A DNA stretch of 64,000 bases from NCBI GenBank assembly GCA_964648865.1, contig CAZYLV010000002.1:15272-79271 (forward strand), in the 5' to 3' direction. Within the stretch, counting starts at the first letter, position 1, and every line of letters starts with the position of its first letter. Below, piece after piece: positions 20,236-29,706 of this stretch. Source of the stretch: an uncultured Gammaproteobacteria bacterium. Its GTDB lineage: Bacteria; Patescibacteriota; Patescibacteriia; 2-12-FULL-57-11. Made by a program: the position numbers and the translations under genes. The notes under the pieces are model-generated. The model saw only the letters and a list, made by a program, of their open reading frames with translations. It ran no database searches and was not told the DNA's origin.

Positions 20236-20296
20236 ATACTCGCACACCGCATGGCCGCCGTCAACGCTTGACAGCGGCCTTCCGCCGCGGGAAACT
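20236..20296. promoter_or_regulatory. Back-to-back divergent sigma70 promoters (ino1 / ATP-grasp operon)
   Basis: + strand TTGACA(20268)-N17-GAAACT. - strand TTGACG(20264)-N17-GAGTAT. The -35 hexamers are 3 nt apart. Confidence 0.55.
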
Positions 20297-20307
20297 GCCT
20301 GCGTTTT

Positions 20308-21390
20308 ATGGCCACGAAGCGCATCCTGGTACCGGCGTGCGGCGGCAGTCCGGCGCTCAACTACATCCGTTCGCTCCAGGCCGCTCCGGAAGCCATCGAG
20401 ATCGTCGGTGTCGATTGCGACAAGTACGCGTTGGCGAGGTCCCCGCTGGGGGAGAAGCATCTGGTGCCGCCTGCGAAGGACCCCGCCTATCTCCCGGTGC
20501 TCCAGGACGTGATCCGCCAGACGGGCGCGCAGTTCATCCACCTGCAGAACGACACCGAGCTGGCATTCGTCTCGGAGCGGCGTGAGGAGCTGCCGGTCCG
20601 CCACTTCTTCCCGCCCAAGGAGACGGTCCGCGCGTGCATCGACAAGTTCGAGAGCTATCGCCGTTGGACGGCGGTCGGCATCCCCCAGCCGCGCACGCGT
20701 TTCCTCGAGACGCCGGAAGACCTCGATGCCGCGTTCGCGGAGTTCGGCGCGCCGCTGTGGGTCCGCGCGACGGTCGGGGCGGCGGGCAAGGGTTCGCTCA
20801 TGGTCCACGACGTGTCCACCGCGCGGTCGTGGATCGATTTCAACAAAGGCTGGGGGAGCTTCACCGCCGCGGAGTACCTCTCGCCGCAATCCGTCACCTG
20901 GCAGTCGATCTGGAAGGACGGTGCCCTCGTCGTCGCCCAAGGCCGCAAGCGGCTGTACTGGGAATTCGCCAACCGCGCGCCGTCGGGCATCACCGGGCTC
21001 ACCGGCACGGGCGTGACCATGAGCGATCCCACCATCGACGCCATCGCGCAGCGCGCCATCATGGCCATCGACCCCAAGCCGCACGGCATCTTCTCCGTCG
21101 ACCTGACGTACGACCGCGCGGGGGTCCCGAACCCGACCGAGATCAATATCGGCCGCTTCTTCACTACGCACGAGTTCTTCACCCGTGCAGGGCTCAACAT
21201 GCCGTACATCGCCCTGCGGATCGCCTTCGGCGAGGAGCCGACGCTGCCCGCCCAGCGCCTCAACCCGCTGCCGCCGGGCCTGGCCTGGGTGCGCGGTCTC
21301 GACTTCCTGCCGACGCTGACCGATGAGCGGCGCATCGACGCGGCAGAAGGGGAGCTCGCCGCGCGCGTCAAGAATCTCGGTCTCGCATGA
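20308..21390 (+). CDS. ATP-grasp carboxylate-amine ligase
   Basis: CIDKFESY, GAAGKGS, AEYLS, FSVDL, TEINIGRF fit ATP-grasp motifs. Confidence 0.8.
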   Translation: MATKRILVPACGGSPALNYIRSLQAAPEAIEIVGVDCDKYALARSPLGEKHLVPPAKDPAYLPVLQDVIRQTGAQFIHLQNDTELAFVSERREELPVRHFFPPKETVRACIDKFESYRRWTAVGIPQPRTRFLETPEDLDAAFAEFGAPLWVRATVGAAGKGSLMVHDVSTARSWIDFNKGWGSFTAAEYLSPQSVTWQSIWKDGALVVAQGRKRLYWEFANRAPSGITGLTGTGVTMSDPTIDAIAQRAIMAIDPKPHGIFSVDLTYDRAGVPNPTEINIGRFFTTHEFFTRAGLNMPYIALRIAFGEEPTLPAQRLNPLPPGLAWVRGLDFLPTLTDERRIDAAEGELAARVKNLGLA

Positions 21391-22940
21391 GTCGGCTTCC
21401 ACGCGACGGCACCGTCTTCCTGACGGGTGCCACGGGGCATCTCGGCCGGGCCGTGTTGCGTCGTTTGGCGCTGGCCGGGACGCCGGTCTGCGCGGTCGGG
21501 AGGCACCGGCCGCCGGCGCTGCCGGGCGTGCGCTTCCTCCAGGCCGACCTCTCTCGGCCGGCGGCGCATCGGCTGTCCGCCGCGTTGCGCGGCGCTTCCG
21601 TGGTCATCCATCTGGCGGCAGCCGTCCCGCAGGGTACGGATGCCGATCCGGATGCGCAGGCGCTTTTCACGACCAACGTCGGCGGTTCCGCGGCGTTGGC
21701 GTCCTCCGTGCCGCGCGGGGCGCACCTCGTCTTCGCCAGCACCATCGAGGTGTACGGCAGGCCGTCGGCGCGGGGGCCGTTGACGGCGACCTCTCCCGTG
21801 GCGCCGACCACGCCGTACGGGTCGTCGAAGCTGCTCGCGGAAGGGACGTTGGCCGCGGCGGCCCGCGCGCGCGGTTTCGGGCTGACCGTCCTGCGGTTGG
21901 CGAGCGTCTACGGACCGGGCGAGACCATCGATCGTGCCACGACGCGATTCCTCCGCGCGGCGGCGACCGGCGGACCGGTGGCGCTGCGCGGGTCGGGACG
22001 GGAGCGGCGCAATCCGCTGTACGTGGAGGACGCGGCACGGGCCGTCCTCGCCGCCGCCGAGCGTCGTCCCGGCGGCGTCGTCCCGGTGGCGGGTGCCGAG
22101 ACGGTGAGCGTGCGGGGACTGGCCGAGGCCGCCGCGCGCGCCGCGGGCCGCGACGCACGTGTCGTCCCCGGCTCCGCGGCCGCCGGCCACGATCTGGTGC
22201 TCGACACGTCCCGGGCCGAACGGCTGCTCGGTTTCCGTCCCGAGGTCGGGCTGGATGCCGGACTCTGGATGTCCGCGGTCGGCATGCGCCGCGCGCCCGT
22301 GGCCGTCTTGGACGTCGATGGCACGCTGTTCGACGTCTCGCCGCGCTACGTGGCGCTGCATCGCGACCTGGCGCGACGGCACGGCTTCCTCCCGCTCGGT
22401 GCGGCGGCCTACTGGAGATTGAAGCGGGCCCGCGTCCCGGAGGAGGCCATCCTGCGCCGGCTGACGCGCGATGCCGCGGCGCGCAAGCGGTACCTGCGTG
22501 ACCGTCAGGCGCATATCGAGGACCGCGCGTACCTCGCGCACGACCGGCCGCTCCCGGGAGCCGTCGCGGCGTTGCGACGGCTCTCCCGCGTCGCTCCGGT
22601 GGTCCTGCTCTCGCTGCGCAACGACGCGCGGGCCCTGCGCTGGCAGCTGCGCCGCAGCGGCATGTCGCCGTCCGTCGCCCGTACGCTCACCGCGCCCGCC
22701 GGCGCCGATCCCGTCTCCGCGAAGATCGCGCTGCTCCGCTCGTCGCCGGGTCCTGCCGCGCTCGTGGCAGGGGACACCGAGGTCGACGGCGGGCTCGCCG
22801 CGGCCTACGGCGTGCCGTTCTTCGCCGTCACCTCCGGCATCCGGGAGCGCGCCGCGCTGCTCGCGGCCCGGCCCGTCGCCGTCTCCCGGACCATCGACGC
22901 ATTGCCGCGCGGGATGCGGCTGCTCCGGCTCGCCCTATGA
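21387..22940 (+). CDS. Fusion: NAD-dependent epimerase/dehydratase + HAD-family hydrolase
   Basis: N-terminal TGATGHLG and YGSSK. C-terminal LDVDGTL (HAD motif I) and GDTEVD (motif IV). Confidence 0.8.
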   Translation: MSRLPRDGTVFLTGATGHLGRAVLRRLALAGTPVCAVGRHRPPALPGVRFLQADLSRPAAHRLSAALRGASVVIHLAAAVPQGTDADPDAQALFTTNVGGSAALASSVPRGAHLVFASTIEVYGRPSARGPLTATSPVAPTTPYGSSKLLAEGTLAAAARARGFGLTVLRLASVYGPGETIDRATTRFLRAAATGGPVALRGSGRERRNPLYVEDAARAVLAAAERRPGGVVPVAGAETVSVRGLAEAAARAAGRDARVVPGSAAAGHDLVLDTSRAERLLGFRPEVGLDAGLWMSAVGMRRAPVAVLDVDGTLFDVSPRYVALHRDLARRHGFLPLGAAAYWRLKRARVPEEAILRRLTRDAAARKRYLRDRQAHIEDRAYLAHDRPLPGAVAALRRLSRVAPVVLLSLRNDARALRWQLRRSGMSPSVARTLTAPAGADPVSAKIALLRSSPGPAALVAGDTEVDGGLAAAYGVPFFAVTSGIRERAALLAARPVAVSRTIDALPRGMRLLRLAL

Positions 22941-23674
22941 GCGACGACCGCGCACAGGAGCGCCAGCGCCTGGAGGCCATCGCCGCGCACTTCCGCACCG
23001 GCCAGGGCTTCAACGGCCGGCTGGAGCCGTATCGTATCCGCGCTGTGGCCGAGCTGGCGCGCGGCACGCGCGTGCTCGACGTGGGCTGCGCCGAGGGGAT
23101 GCTGGCGGCCGGGCTTGCCGACCGCGGCTTCGCGGTCACGGCCGTGGACGGCTCGGCCGAGCTCATCGCCTACGCCCGTGCGCATCACGCCCGTCCCACG
23201 GTGACCTACCATCGATCCCTCTACGAGGATTTCCGTCCCGATGCGCCGTTCGATACGGTGGTGCTCGTCAACATCCTCGAGCACGTCGCCGACCCGGTGG
23301 ACCTGCTGCGCAAGGCGCGCGCCTGGACGGCGCCCGACGGCTGCGTCATCGTCCTCGTCCCCAACGCCTTTTCCCTGCACCGGCGCGTCGGCGTGGCCAT
23401 GGGTCTCATCGGCGACGTCCACGACCTCAACGACACCGATCGTCGCGTCGGACACAGGCGGGTCTATGACAAGGCCCTGCTCGAGACCGACATCCGCGCC
23501 GCCGGTCTCGCACCGACGCGGCACGTCGGGCTGTTCCTCAAGCCGTTGTCCGAGAGCCAGATGGAGGCCTGGGACGACGCGCTCGTCGACGCCTACCATG
23601 AGGTCGGCAAGCAGCTGCCCGAATGGTGCGCCGAACTGATCACCGTGGCCGAACCGTATGGTGCCCTTCCTTGA
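22937..23674 (+). CDS. Class I SAM-dependent methyltransferase
   Basis: VLDVGCAEG, VDGS, ILEHVADP, VPNA. Confidence 0.88.
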   Translation: MSDDRAQERQRLEAIAAHFRTGQGFNGRLEPYRIRAVAELARGTRVLDVGCAEGMLAAGLADRGFAVTAVDGSAELIAYARAHHARPTVTYHRSLYEDFRPDAPFDTVVLVNILEHVADPVDLLRKARAWTAPDGCVIVLVPNAFSLHRRVGVAMGLIGDVHDLNDTDRRVGHRRVYDKALLETDIRAAGLAPTRHVGLFLKPLSESQMEAWDDALVDAYHEVGKQLPEWCAELITVAEPYGALP

Positions 23675-24767
23675 CCTCACGTCCCAGATCGCGACCATCC
23701 GCGCGGAGATCGACGCGGCCATCGACCGGGTCATCGACAGCGGCGCCTTCATCCAAGGGCCGGAGCTCTCGGCGTTCGAGGAACGCTTCGCCGCGTGGGT
23801 CGGCACCAAAGAGGCCGTCGGCGTCCAATCCGGGACCAGCGCGCTGTTCCTGGCGCTCACGGCGGCGGGCATCGGCCCGGGCGATGAGGTCATCACCGTG
23901 CCCAACTCCTTCATCGCCACGGCCGAGGCCATCTCGCACGTCGGCGCCACGCCGGTGTTCGTCGACGTCGACCCCCAGACGCTGCTCATGGATCCGAGGG
24001 GCCTCGACGCCGCGCGCACCGCGCGCACCAAAGCGGTCATCCCCGTGCATCTGTTCGGCACGCCGGTGCCCATGGAGCCGGTGCTCGACGTCGCCCGGCG
24101 CCACGGGCTGCTGGTGATCGAGGACGCCGCCCAGGCGCACGGGGCGCGGTGGCAGGGCAGGCGCGTCGGCATGTTCGGTCGGATGGCCTGCTACAGCTTC
24201 TACCCCGGCAAGAACCTCGGGGCCTTCGGCGAAGGCGGCGCCATCGTCACCGACGACGAGGCGCTCGCGACGCGCCTGCGGATGCTGCGTAACCACGGCT
24301 CGTCGGCCAAGTACCGCCACGAGACGATCGGCTGGAACATGCGCATGGAGGGGATGCAGGCCGCGGTGCTCGCCGTGAAGCTGGCGCACATCGACGGCTG
24401 GAACGAGCGGCGACGGACGCATGCGGCCGCCTACCGCACCGCGCTGCAGGACCTGCCGCTGACGTCCGTCGACGTCCCCGTCGGCGCGGAGCCGGTCTTC
24501 CACATCTTCGCCGTCCGCACGCCGCGGCGCGACGCCCTCCAGCGCTTCCTGGAGGAGCGCGGCATCGGGACCGGCGTGCATTACCCGACGCCCATCCATC
24601 TGCAGCCGGCGTATGCGCATCTCGGGCTTCCGCGTGGCGCGTTTCCGGTGGCCGAGCGCGCGGCGCAGGAGCTGCTCTCGCTGCCGATGTATCCGGAGCT
24701 GACCGATGCCCTCCGGAACGAAGTGGTGGCCGCGGTCCGCGCGTTTTTCGCCACGGAACAGGGTTGA
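23658..24767 (+). CDS. DegT/DnrJ/EryC1/StrS PLP-dependent aminotransferase
   Basis: SGTSAL, PVHLFG, EDAAQAHG, SFYPGKNLGAFGEGG, VHYP, SLPMYP. Confidence 0.95.
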   Translation: MVPFLDLTSQIATIRAEIDAAIDRVIDSGAFIQGPELSAFEERFAAWVGTKEAVGVQSGTSALFLALTAAGIGPGDEVITVPNSFIATAEAISHVGATPVFVDVDPQTLLMDPRGLDAARTARTKAVIPVHLFGTPVPMEPVLDVARRHGLLVIEDAAQAHGARWQGRRVGMFGRMACYSFYPGKNLGAFGEGGAIVTDDEALATRLRMLRNHGSSAKYRHETIGWNMRMEGMQAAVLAVKLAHIDGWNERRRTHAAAYRTALQDLPLTSVDVPVGAEPVFHIFAVRTPRRDALQRFLEERGIGTGVHYPTPIHLQPAYAHLGLPRGAFPVAERAAQELLSLPMYPELTDALRNEVVAAVRAFFATEQG

Positions 24768-24792
24768 CGGACCGCCTCTCCGGCCGTATCCT
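24764..24792 (+). promoter_or_regulatory. Putative sigma70 promoter
   Basis: TTGACG-N17-TATCCT, 10 nt before ATG 24803. Confidence 0.55.
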
Positions 24793-24802
24793 TCTTCGGA
24801 CT

Positions 24803-25822
24803 ATGGATACGGTCCCCGTCGCCCTCATCGGGTACGGCTACTGGGGGAAAGTCCTCGCGCGCGTCATCCGGTCCTCACCGGACGCGCGTCTCCTCGTCGT
24901 CGCCGAGACCGACCCGGAGCGGCGCGCGGCGGCGGCGCGCTTGCCCGGCGTCGAGACCGCGACCGACGCCGAGACCGCGATCCGCGATCCGCGCGTCGCC
25001 GCGGTCTTCGTCGCCACGCCCGTCTCCACCCACGCCGCGCTGGTGCGCGCGGCGCTCGGCGCGGGTAAGGACGTCTTCGTGGAGAAGCCCATGGCCGCGA
25101 CGCTCGCCGAAGCGGAGGAGCTTGCCCGCCTCGCGACGTCCGGCGGCCAGGTGCTGATGGTCGATCACCCCTTCCTGTTCACCGGCGCCGTCCGCAAGAT
25201 CCGGCAGCTCGTCGAGAAGGGCGAGCTCGGGCGTCTGCAGTACTTCGATTCCGAGCGCATCAACCTGGGTCTGCTGCGCTCGGACGTGAACGTGCTGTGG
25301 GATCTGGCGCCGCACGACCTCTCCATCCTGCAGTACCTGCTCGAGGAATCCCCGCGCGGAGTGCGCGCCGTGGCCTCCACGCACACCCCGCATCCGCGTC
25401 CGGAACCCGGCGGCGAGATCGCGCACCTCTTCCTCGACTACGCCAGCGGCGTGGCCGCACACGTCGCCGTGAGCTGGCTCTCGCCGGTCAAGATCCGCAA
25501 GCTCATCCTCGGCGGCGACCGCAAGATGGTGCTGTTCGACGACATCTCGCCCTCCGAGAAGGTCAAGGTCTATGACCACGGCGTGGACACCGATCCGGCG
25601 GCGGCCACGCCGTTCCGGCCGCTCTACCGCAGCGGCGACGTCCTCGTCCCCAAGGTCGATGACCGCGAGGCCATGCAGCTGGCCGTCGACCACTTCGTCT
25701 CCTGCGTGCGCACCCGCGCCACGCCGCTCACCGACGGCCGCTTCGGCGCCGCGGTCGTGCGCGTGCTCGAGGCCAGCGACCGCTCGCTGCGCGAGGGCGG
25801 CGCACGCATCGCCCTGCCATGA
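24803..25822 (+). CDS. Gfo/Idh/MocA NAD-dependent oxidoreductase (WlbA/WbpB-like)
   Basis: IGYGYWG, ATPVSTH, VEKP, WDLAPHD, SWLSPVKIR. Confidence 0.9.
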   Translation: MDTVPVALIGYGYWGKVLARVIRSSPDARLLVVAETDPERRAAAARLPGVETATDAETAIRDPRVAAVFVATPVSTHAALVRAALGAGKDVFVEKPMAATLAEAEELARLATSGGQVLMVDHPFLFTGAVRKIRQLVEKGELGRLQYFDSERINLGLLRSDVNVLWDLAPHDLSILQYLLEESPRGVRAVASTHTPHPRPEPGGEIAHLFLDYASGVAAHVAVSWLSPVKIRKLILGGDRKMVLFDDISPSEKVKVYDHGVDTDPAAATPFRPLYRSGDVLVPKVDDREAMQLAVDHFVSCVRTRATPLTDGRFGAAVVRVLEASDRSLREGGARIALP

Positions 25823-26634
25823 AGATCCCGGCATCCGTCACCATCCTGACACGCAACTCGGCGGCCACGCTGGAGCGGTGCCTGGCGTCCGTCCAGGCCT
25901 TCGACGATATCGTCGTGCTCGACGGCAACAGCACGGACGGGACGCGTGCCATCGCCGAGCGGTATGGCGCACGCGTCCTGCCGCAGACGGACAGCGCGGA
26001 ACCGGCCGTGCGCATCACCGACTTCACCGAGGTCCGGCAGAAGTCCTTCGACGCCGCCAAGCACGACTGGGTGTACATGATCGATTCCGACGAGTGGGCC
26101 TCGCCGGAACAGGTCGAGGCGGTGCGGGGGCTCGTCGCGGCGGACCGCACGGACGAGGTCTACCTCTTCCGCAAGCTGGCCGTGCTGGGAGAGCGGGTCG
26201 TCCGGCACGCGTACTACTACCCGGACTACTCCCTGCGCATGCTCGCCAAGAGCGGCGGTGCCCACTGGGTCGCCGGCCGACGGGTCCACGAGCGGATCGT
26301 CTTCCCGGAGCGCGTCCGCCAGGTGCGCCGGGACGAGCCGGTCTACTCGCTGCAGCCGCCGTATCGGGACGCGCTGCGCAAGGACGAGTATTACCTGCGG
26401 CTCGCGCTCGACCGCTACCGAGGCGTGCCGCGACGGCGCATGGTGCGCAACGCGGCAATCAACGTCGCCAAGGGCTGCCTCATCCTCGGTCGCGTCGCCG
26501 CCGTGCATCTCCGGCACGGGTTCCGTGATACCATGCCCCCCATGCAGCACCTGCGCTATCCGCGTTACCATTGGCGTCTGGCCTGGCTGCTGGCGCGCCG
26601 CGCCCTTTCCATGCGACCGTATGCACACGCATGA
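25819..26634 (+). CDS. GT2 glycosyltransferase (beta-1,4-glucosyltransferase-like)
   Basis: ILTRNS, LDGNSTDGT, IDSDE, YPDY, VHE. Confidence 0.85.
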   Translation: MKIPASVTILTRNSAATLERCLASVQAFDDIVVLDGNSTDGTRAIAERYGARVLPQTDSAEPAVRITDFTEVRQKSFDAAKHDWVYMIDSDEWASPEQVEAVRGLVAADRTDEVYLFRKLAVLGERVVRHAYYYPDYSLRMLAKSGGAHWVAGRRVHERIVFPERVRQVRRDEPVYSLQPPYRDALRKDEYYLRLALDRYRGVPRRRMVRNAAINVAKGCLILGRVAAVHLRHGFRDTMPPMQHLRYPRYHWRLAWLLARRALSMRPYAHA

Positions 26635-27280
26635 CCACGCCCATCCGGACATGGCTACCGTCTACGAGCAGGTGCCGCCGGATTACTGGGATACGTCCTA
26701 TCGGAACAACCTGATCCAGCGCGTCTACCACGACTGGCGTTTTTTCGTGTTGCGGCGCATGGTCCGGCGGTTGCCGCAGCGCGGTACGGTCCTCGACGTC
26801 GGCTGCGGCGGCGGGTTCTCGGTCGAGATGGCGGTGAAGGGTCGGCCGGACCTGGAGGTCCACGGCATCGACGTCACGGACGAGCTCGTGGCCTACGCCC
26901 GGAAGATGCGGCCGCGGTTCCACTTCCGCAAATCGCCCGGCGAGACCCTGCCGTACCCGGACGCGATGTTCGACGGCGTGCTCTACCTCGACGTCATCGA
27001 ACATCTCGTGGACCCGGCCGCCTCGCTCAAGGAAGCGCTGCGCGTCCTCAAGCCCGGCGGCTCGCTGGTCGTGCTCGTGGTGCAGGAGCATCATCCTGCC
27101 TTCCGCGGCATCTGGTGGCTGTGGCTGCGGCTCAAGGGGAAGGTCTGGCACGAGGCGCATCTCCACGTCTTCGACAGGAAATCCGTGGAGGCAACCATCC
27201 GCGATGCCGGATTCCGCATCGCCGAGACGAAGCCGGTGCACCTCGGTCTCTCGGTGGCGGTCCGTGCCGTGAAGCCATAA
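26621..27280 (+). CDS. Class I SAM-dependent methyltransferase
   Basis: VLDVGCGGG, GIDV, LPYPDAMFD, VIEHL, LKPGG. Alternative start at 26651. Confidence 0.88.
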   Translation: MHTHDHAHPDMATVYEQVPPDYWDTSYRNNLIQRVYHDWRFFVLRRMVRRLPQRGTVLDVGCGGGFSVEMAVKGRPDLEVHGIDVTDELVAYARKMRPRFHFRKSPGETLPYPDAMFDGVLYLDVIEHLVDPAASLKEALRVLKPGGSLVVLVVQEHHPAFRGIWWLWLRLKGKVWHEAHLHVFDRKSVEATIRDAGFRIAETKPVHLGLSVAVRAVKP

Positions 27281-27290
27281 ACCGACAGAT

Positions 27291-27995
27291 ATGGAGCTGA
27301 CCGTCGCCGTCCCGTGCTACAACGAGGCCGAGAACGTCCCCCGCCTGGGCACGGAACTCCTGCCGGCGTTGCGCGCGCTGTCGCGTGACTTCGAGCTGCT
27401 CATCGTCGACGACGGCAGCGCGGACGGCACCGCCGAGGCATGCGAGCGGCTCGGCGCCCCGGAGGTCCGGGTCGTTCGGCACCCCAAGAACCAGGGGTTG
27501 GGCGCGGCCATCCGCACGGCCTTCGCCGAGGCGCGTGGCGACCTGCTCGTGACCCTCGACGCCGACCTGACTTTCGCGCCGGCGGACATCGGCAAGTTGC
27601 TCGCGCGCCACAAGGAGGGAGGCGTGGACTTCGTCATCGGTTCGCACGGCCTCGCCGGGTACGCCAGGGACATCCCGCGCTGGCGCGTGGCCATCAGCAA
27701 GGCGGCGAACCTCTTCTATTCGCTCCTGGCGGGGCGCCGCGTCCGGGGCGTGAGCTCGCTGTTCCGCCTGTACCGTACGGAGATCGTCCGCGGACTCCCG
27801 GTCCGGACCAGCGGTTTCGAGACGCCGGTGGAGATCTTCTTCCTTCTCGTGCACCGCGGACACCGCTTCGCCGAAGTGCCGACCCCGCTCGGGCAGCGCC
27901 GCTTCGGCGTCTCCAAGCTCAACTACTCCCGGGAGATCCGTCGGCATCTCCGTCTGGTCGGCGCCATCCTGCGGGGGAGGCTCCGTCCGGTATGA
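27291..27995 (+). CDS. GT2 glycosyltransferase (polyprenyl-phosphate sugar synthase-like)
   Basis: VPCYNEA, VDDGSADGT, NQGLGAA, TLDADL, GVSK. Confidence 0.88.
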   Translation: MELTVAVPCYNEAENVPRLGTELLPALRALSRDFELLIVDDGSADGTAEACERLGAPEVRVVRHPKNQGLGAAIRTAFAEARGDLLVTLDADLTFAPADIGKLLARHKEGGVDFVIGSHGLAGYARDIPRWRVAISKAANLFYSLLAGRRVRGVSSLFRLYRTEIVRGLPVRTSGFETPVEIFFLLVHRGHRFAEVPTPLGQRRFGVSKLNYSREIRRHLRLVGAILRGRLRPV

Positions 27996-28957
27996 GCGTC
28001 TCGGGACGGCCCAAGGCCTGCATCAACATCAATTTCGATTCGCTGTTCTTCCCGCTGCCGGACGCCGCCCGGCGGACGCGCGACCCCTCCTACTTCTCGG
28101 TGGCGGACAGGTTCTTCGAGGCATCCGAGCGGCACGGCTTCCGCTACACGATGTTCGTCATCGGCCGCGACCTCGAGGATCCCGAGGTGGCTGCGCGCGT
28201 GCGCGAGTGGGCGGCAGCGGGGCATGAGATCGGCAACCACACCTGGAGCCACCATCCCAACTTCGGCGCCCTGCCGTCGGCGCGCGTCCAAGACGAGGTC
28301 CTGCGGTCGCATGAGATCATCGCCCGGGTGACGGGCAAGGAACCGCGCGGCTTCATCAGTCCGTCATGGAGCACCAGTCCGGAGGTCGCGTCGCTGCTTT
28401 CCCGCCAAGGGTACCTGTACGACACGTCGGTCTTCCCGTCGCCGCTGATCATCCCGGCCCTGCTCAAGCTGCAGCTCAATGCCCGCGATCATGGGTCCTT
28501 CGAGGCTGCGTGGATGCGTCGCCGCGACAAGAGCGTGCCATTCCGTGCGCCACGGACCCCCTACCGCATGGCCGAGGGTTCGCTGACGCGCGCGGCGCCC
28601 GAAGGCCTGTTGCAGTTGCCGCTCCCGACGGCGCCATTGCGCATCCCGTGTTGGCATACGATGGCCTTCTTCCTCGGCCCGCGCCTGCTGCGTCGCCTGA
28701 TCCGCTCTGCCGCACGCGGCACCGGGGCTTTCTACTATCTGGTGCACCCGGCCGACCTGGCGGATTGGGAGGGCGACCTTGCCCCGGACTTCCGGTCCGC
28801 CTACGGCAAGGAGTTGGCCGTCTTCGAGCGTCTGCGCGTGCCGCTGGCCCGTAAGCGCCTGCTTTTCGATGCCGCGCTCGCCGAGATCCGCTCCTTCGCC
28901 GACATCGTCACGCTCGAGGAGTTGGCCCGCGGCGTCCCGACCCTTCCTGCTCCATGA
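27992..28957 (+). CDS. Polysaccharide deacetylase (CE4/NodB-like)
   Basis: NFDS, TMFVIG, HEIGNHTWSH, GFISPSW, YDTS, YYLVHP. Confidence 0.85.
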   Translation: MSVSGRPKACININFDSLFFPLPDAARRTRDPSYFSVADRFFEASERHGFRYTMFVIGRDLEDPEVAARVREWAAAGHEIGNHTWSHHPNFGALPSARVQDEVLRSHEIIARVTGKEPRGFISPSWSTSPEVASLLSRQGYLYDTSVFPSPLIIPALLKLQLNARDHGSFEAAWMRRRDKSVPFRAPRTPYRMAEGSLTRAAPEGLLQLPLPTAPLRIPCWHTMAFFLGPRLLRRLIRSAARGTGAFYYLVHPADLADWEGDLAPDFRSAYGKELAVFERLRVPLARKRLLFDAALAEIRSFADIVTLEELARGVPTLPAP

Positions 28958-29703
28958 GGATCGCCGTCTTCACCACCGAGGACCACGTCTTCCTGCTCGA
29001 CGCCTGGCGGCGTCTGTTGCCGGATCTGGCGAGGGAACACGAAATCGTCGGCATCCGGACCTTCCCGGACGTGCTCAAGAACCTGCGGGGCGCGGCAATC
29101 CCGCTCTGGTACCTGCGGACCTTCGGTCCCATGACCGTGGCGCGCCTCGCCTGGCGTTCGGTGCGGGCGGGGCTTGCCGCGCGTGGCGGATACGGCGCGT
29201 TGGCCCGCACGCTCGGCGTCCCGCTTCTTCACGGCAAGGATCCGAACGACCCTGACGTCGTCTCTTGGGTCGAACGCGAGCGCGTCGACGTCGTGCTCAT
29301 CACCTTGGGGTACGTGCTCAAGGCGCCGCTGCTCAAAGCGGTCCGCGTCGCCGTGCTCAACAAGCACAGCGCGCTCCTGCCGGCGTACCGCGGCCTGCTG
29401 CCGGTGTTCTGGACGCTGTTGGACGGCACGGTGCCCGTCGGGGTGACCGTCCACCGCGTCGACGAGAAGATCGATCACGGCGAGCACCTCGTGCAGCGCG
29501 CCTATCCGGGGTTCCGCGGCAGCGTCTTCGACGCGTACGTCGCCATCTACCGCGACATGCCCGAACTCTTTGCCGAGGCCATAGCCGCGCTCGTGAGCGG
29601 CCGAAGGACCCTCGTTCCGCCGTCCGGCGTCTCGTGCTATAAGAGCCTTCCGACCCGGCCCGACGTACGCGCCTTCCGCGCCAAAGGACTCCGGTTCGTC
29701 TGA
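28954..29703 (+). CDS. Formyltransferase family protein (sugar N-formyltransferase-like)
   Basis: NKHSALLPAYRGLLPVFW, GVTVH, IDHG. Confidence 0.85.
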   Translation: MRIAVFTTEDHVFLLDAWRRLLPDLAREHEIVGIRTFPDVLKNLRGAAIPLWYLRTFGPMTVARLAWRSVRAGLAARGGYGALARTLGVPLLHGKDPNDPDVVSWVERERVDVVLITLGYVLKAPLLKAVRVAVLNKHSALLPAYRGLLPVFWTLLDGTVPVGVTVHRVDEKIDHGEHLVQRAYPGFRGSVFDAYVAIYRDMPELFAEAIAALVSGRRTLVPPSGVSCYKSLPTRPDVRAFRAKGLRFV

Positions 29704-29706
29704 GCC

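Noticed and set aside
20308-21390. Carbamoyl-phosphate synthase large subunit
   Set aside because: It is a single 360-aa ATP-grasp domain with no small subunit nearby
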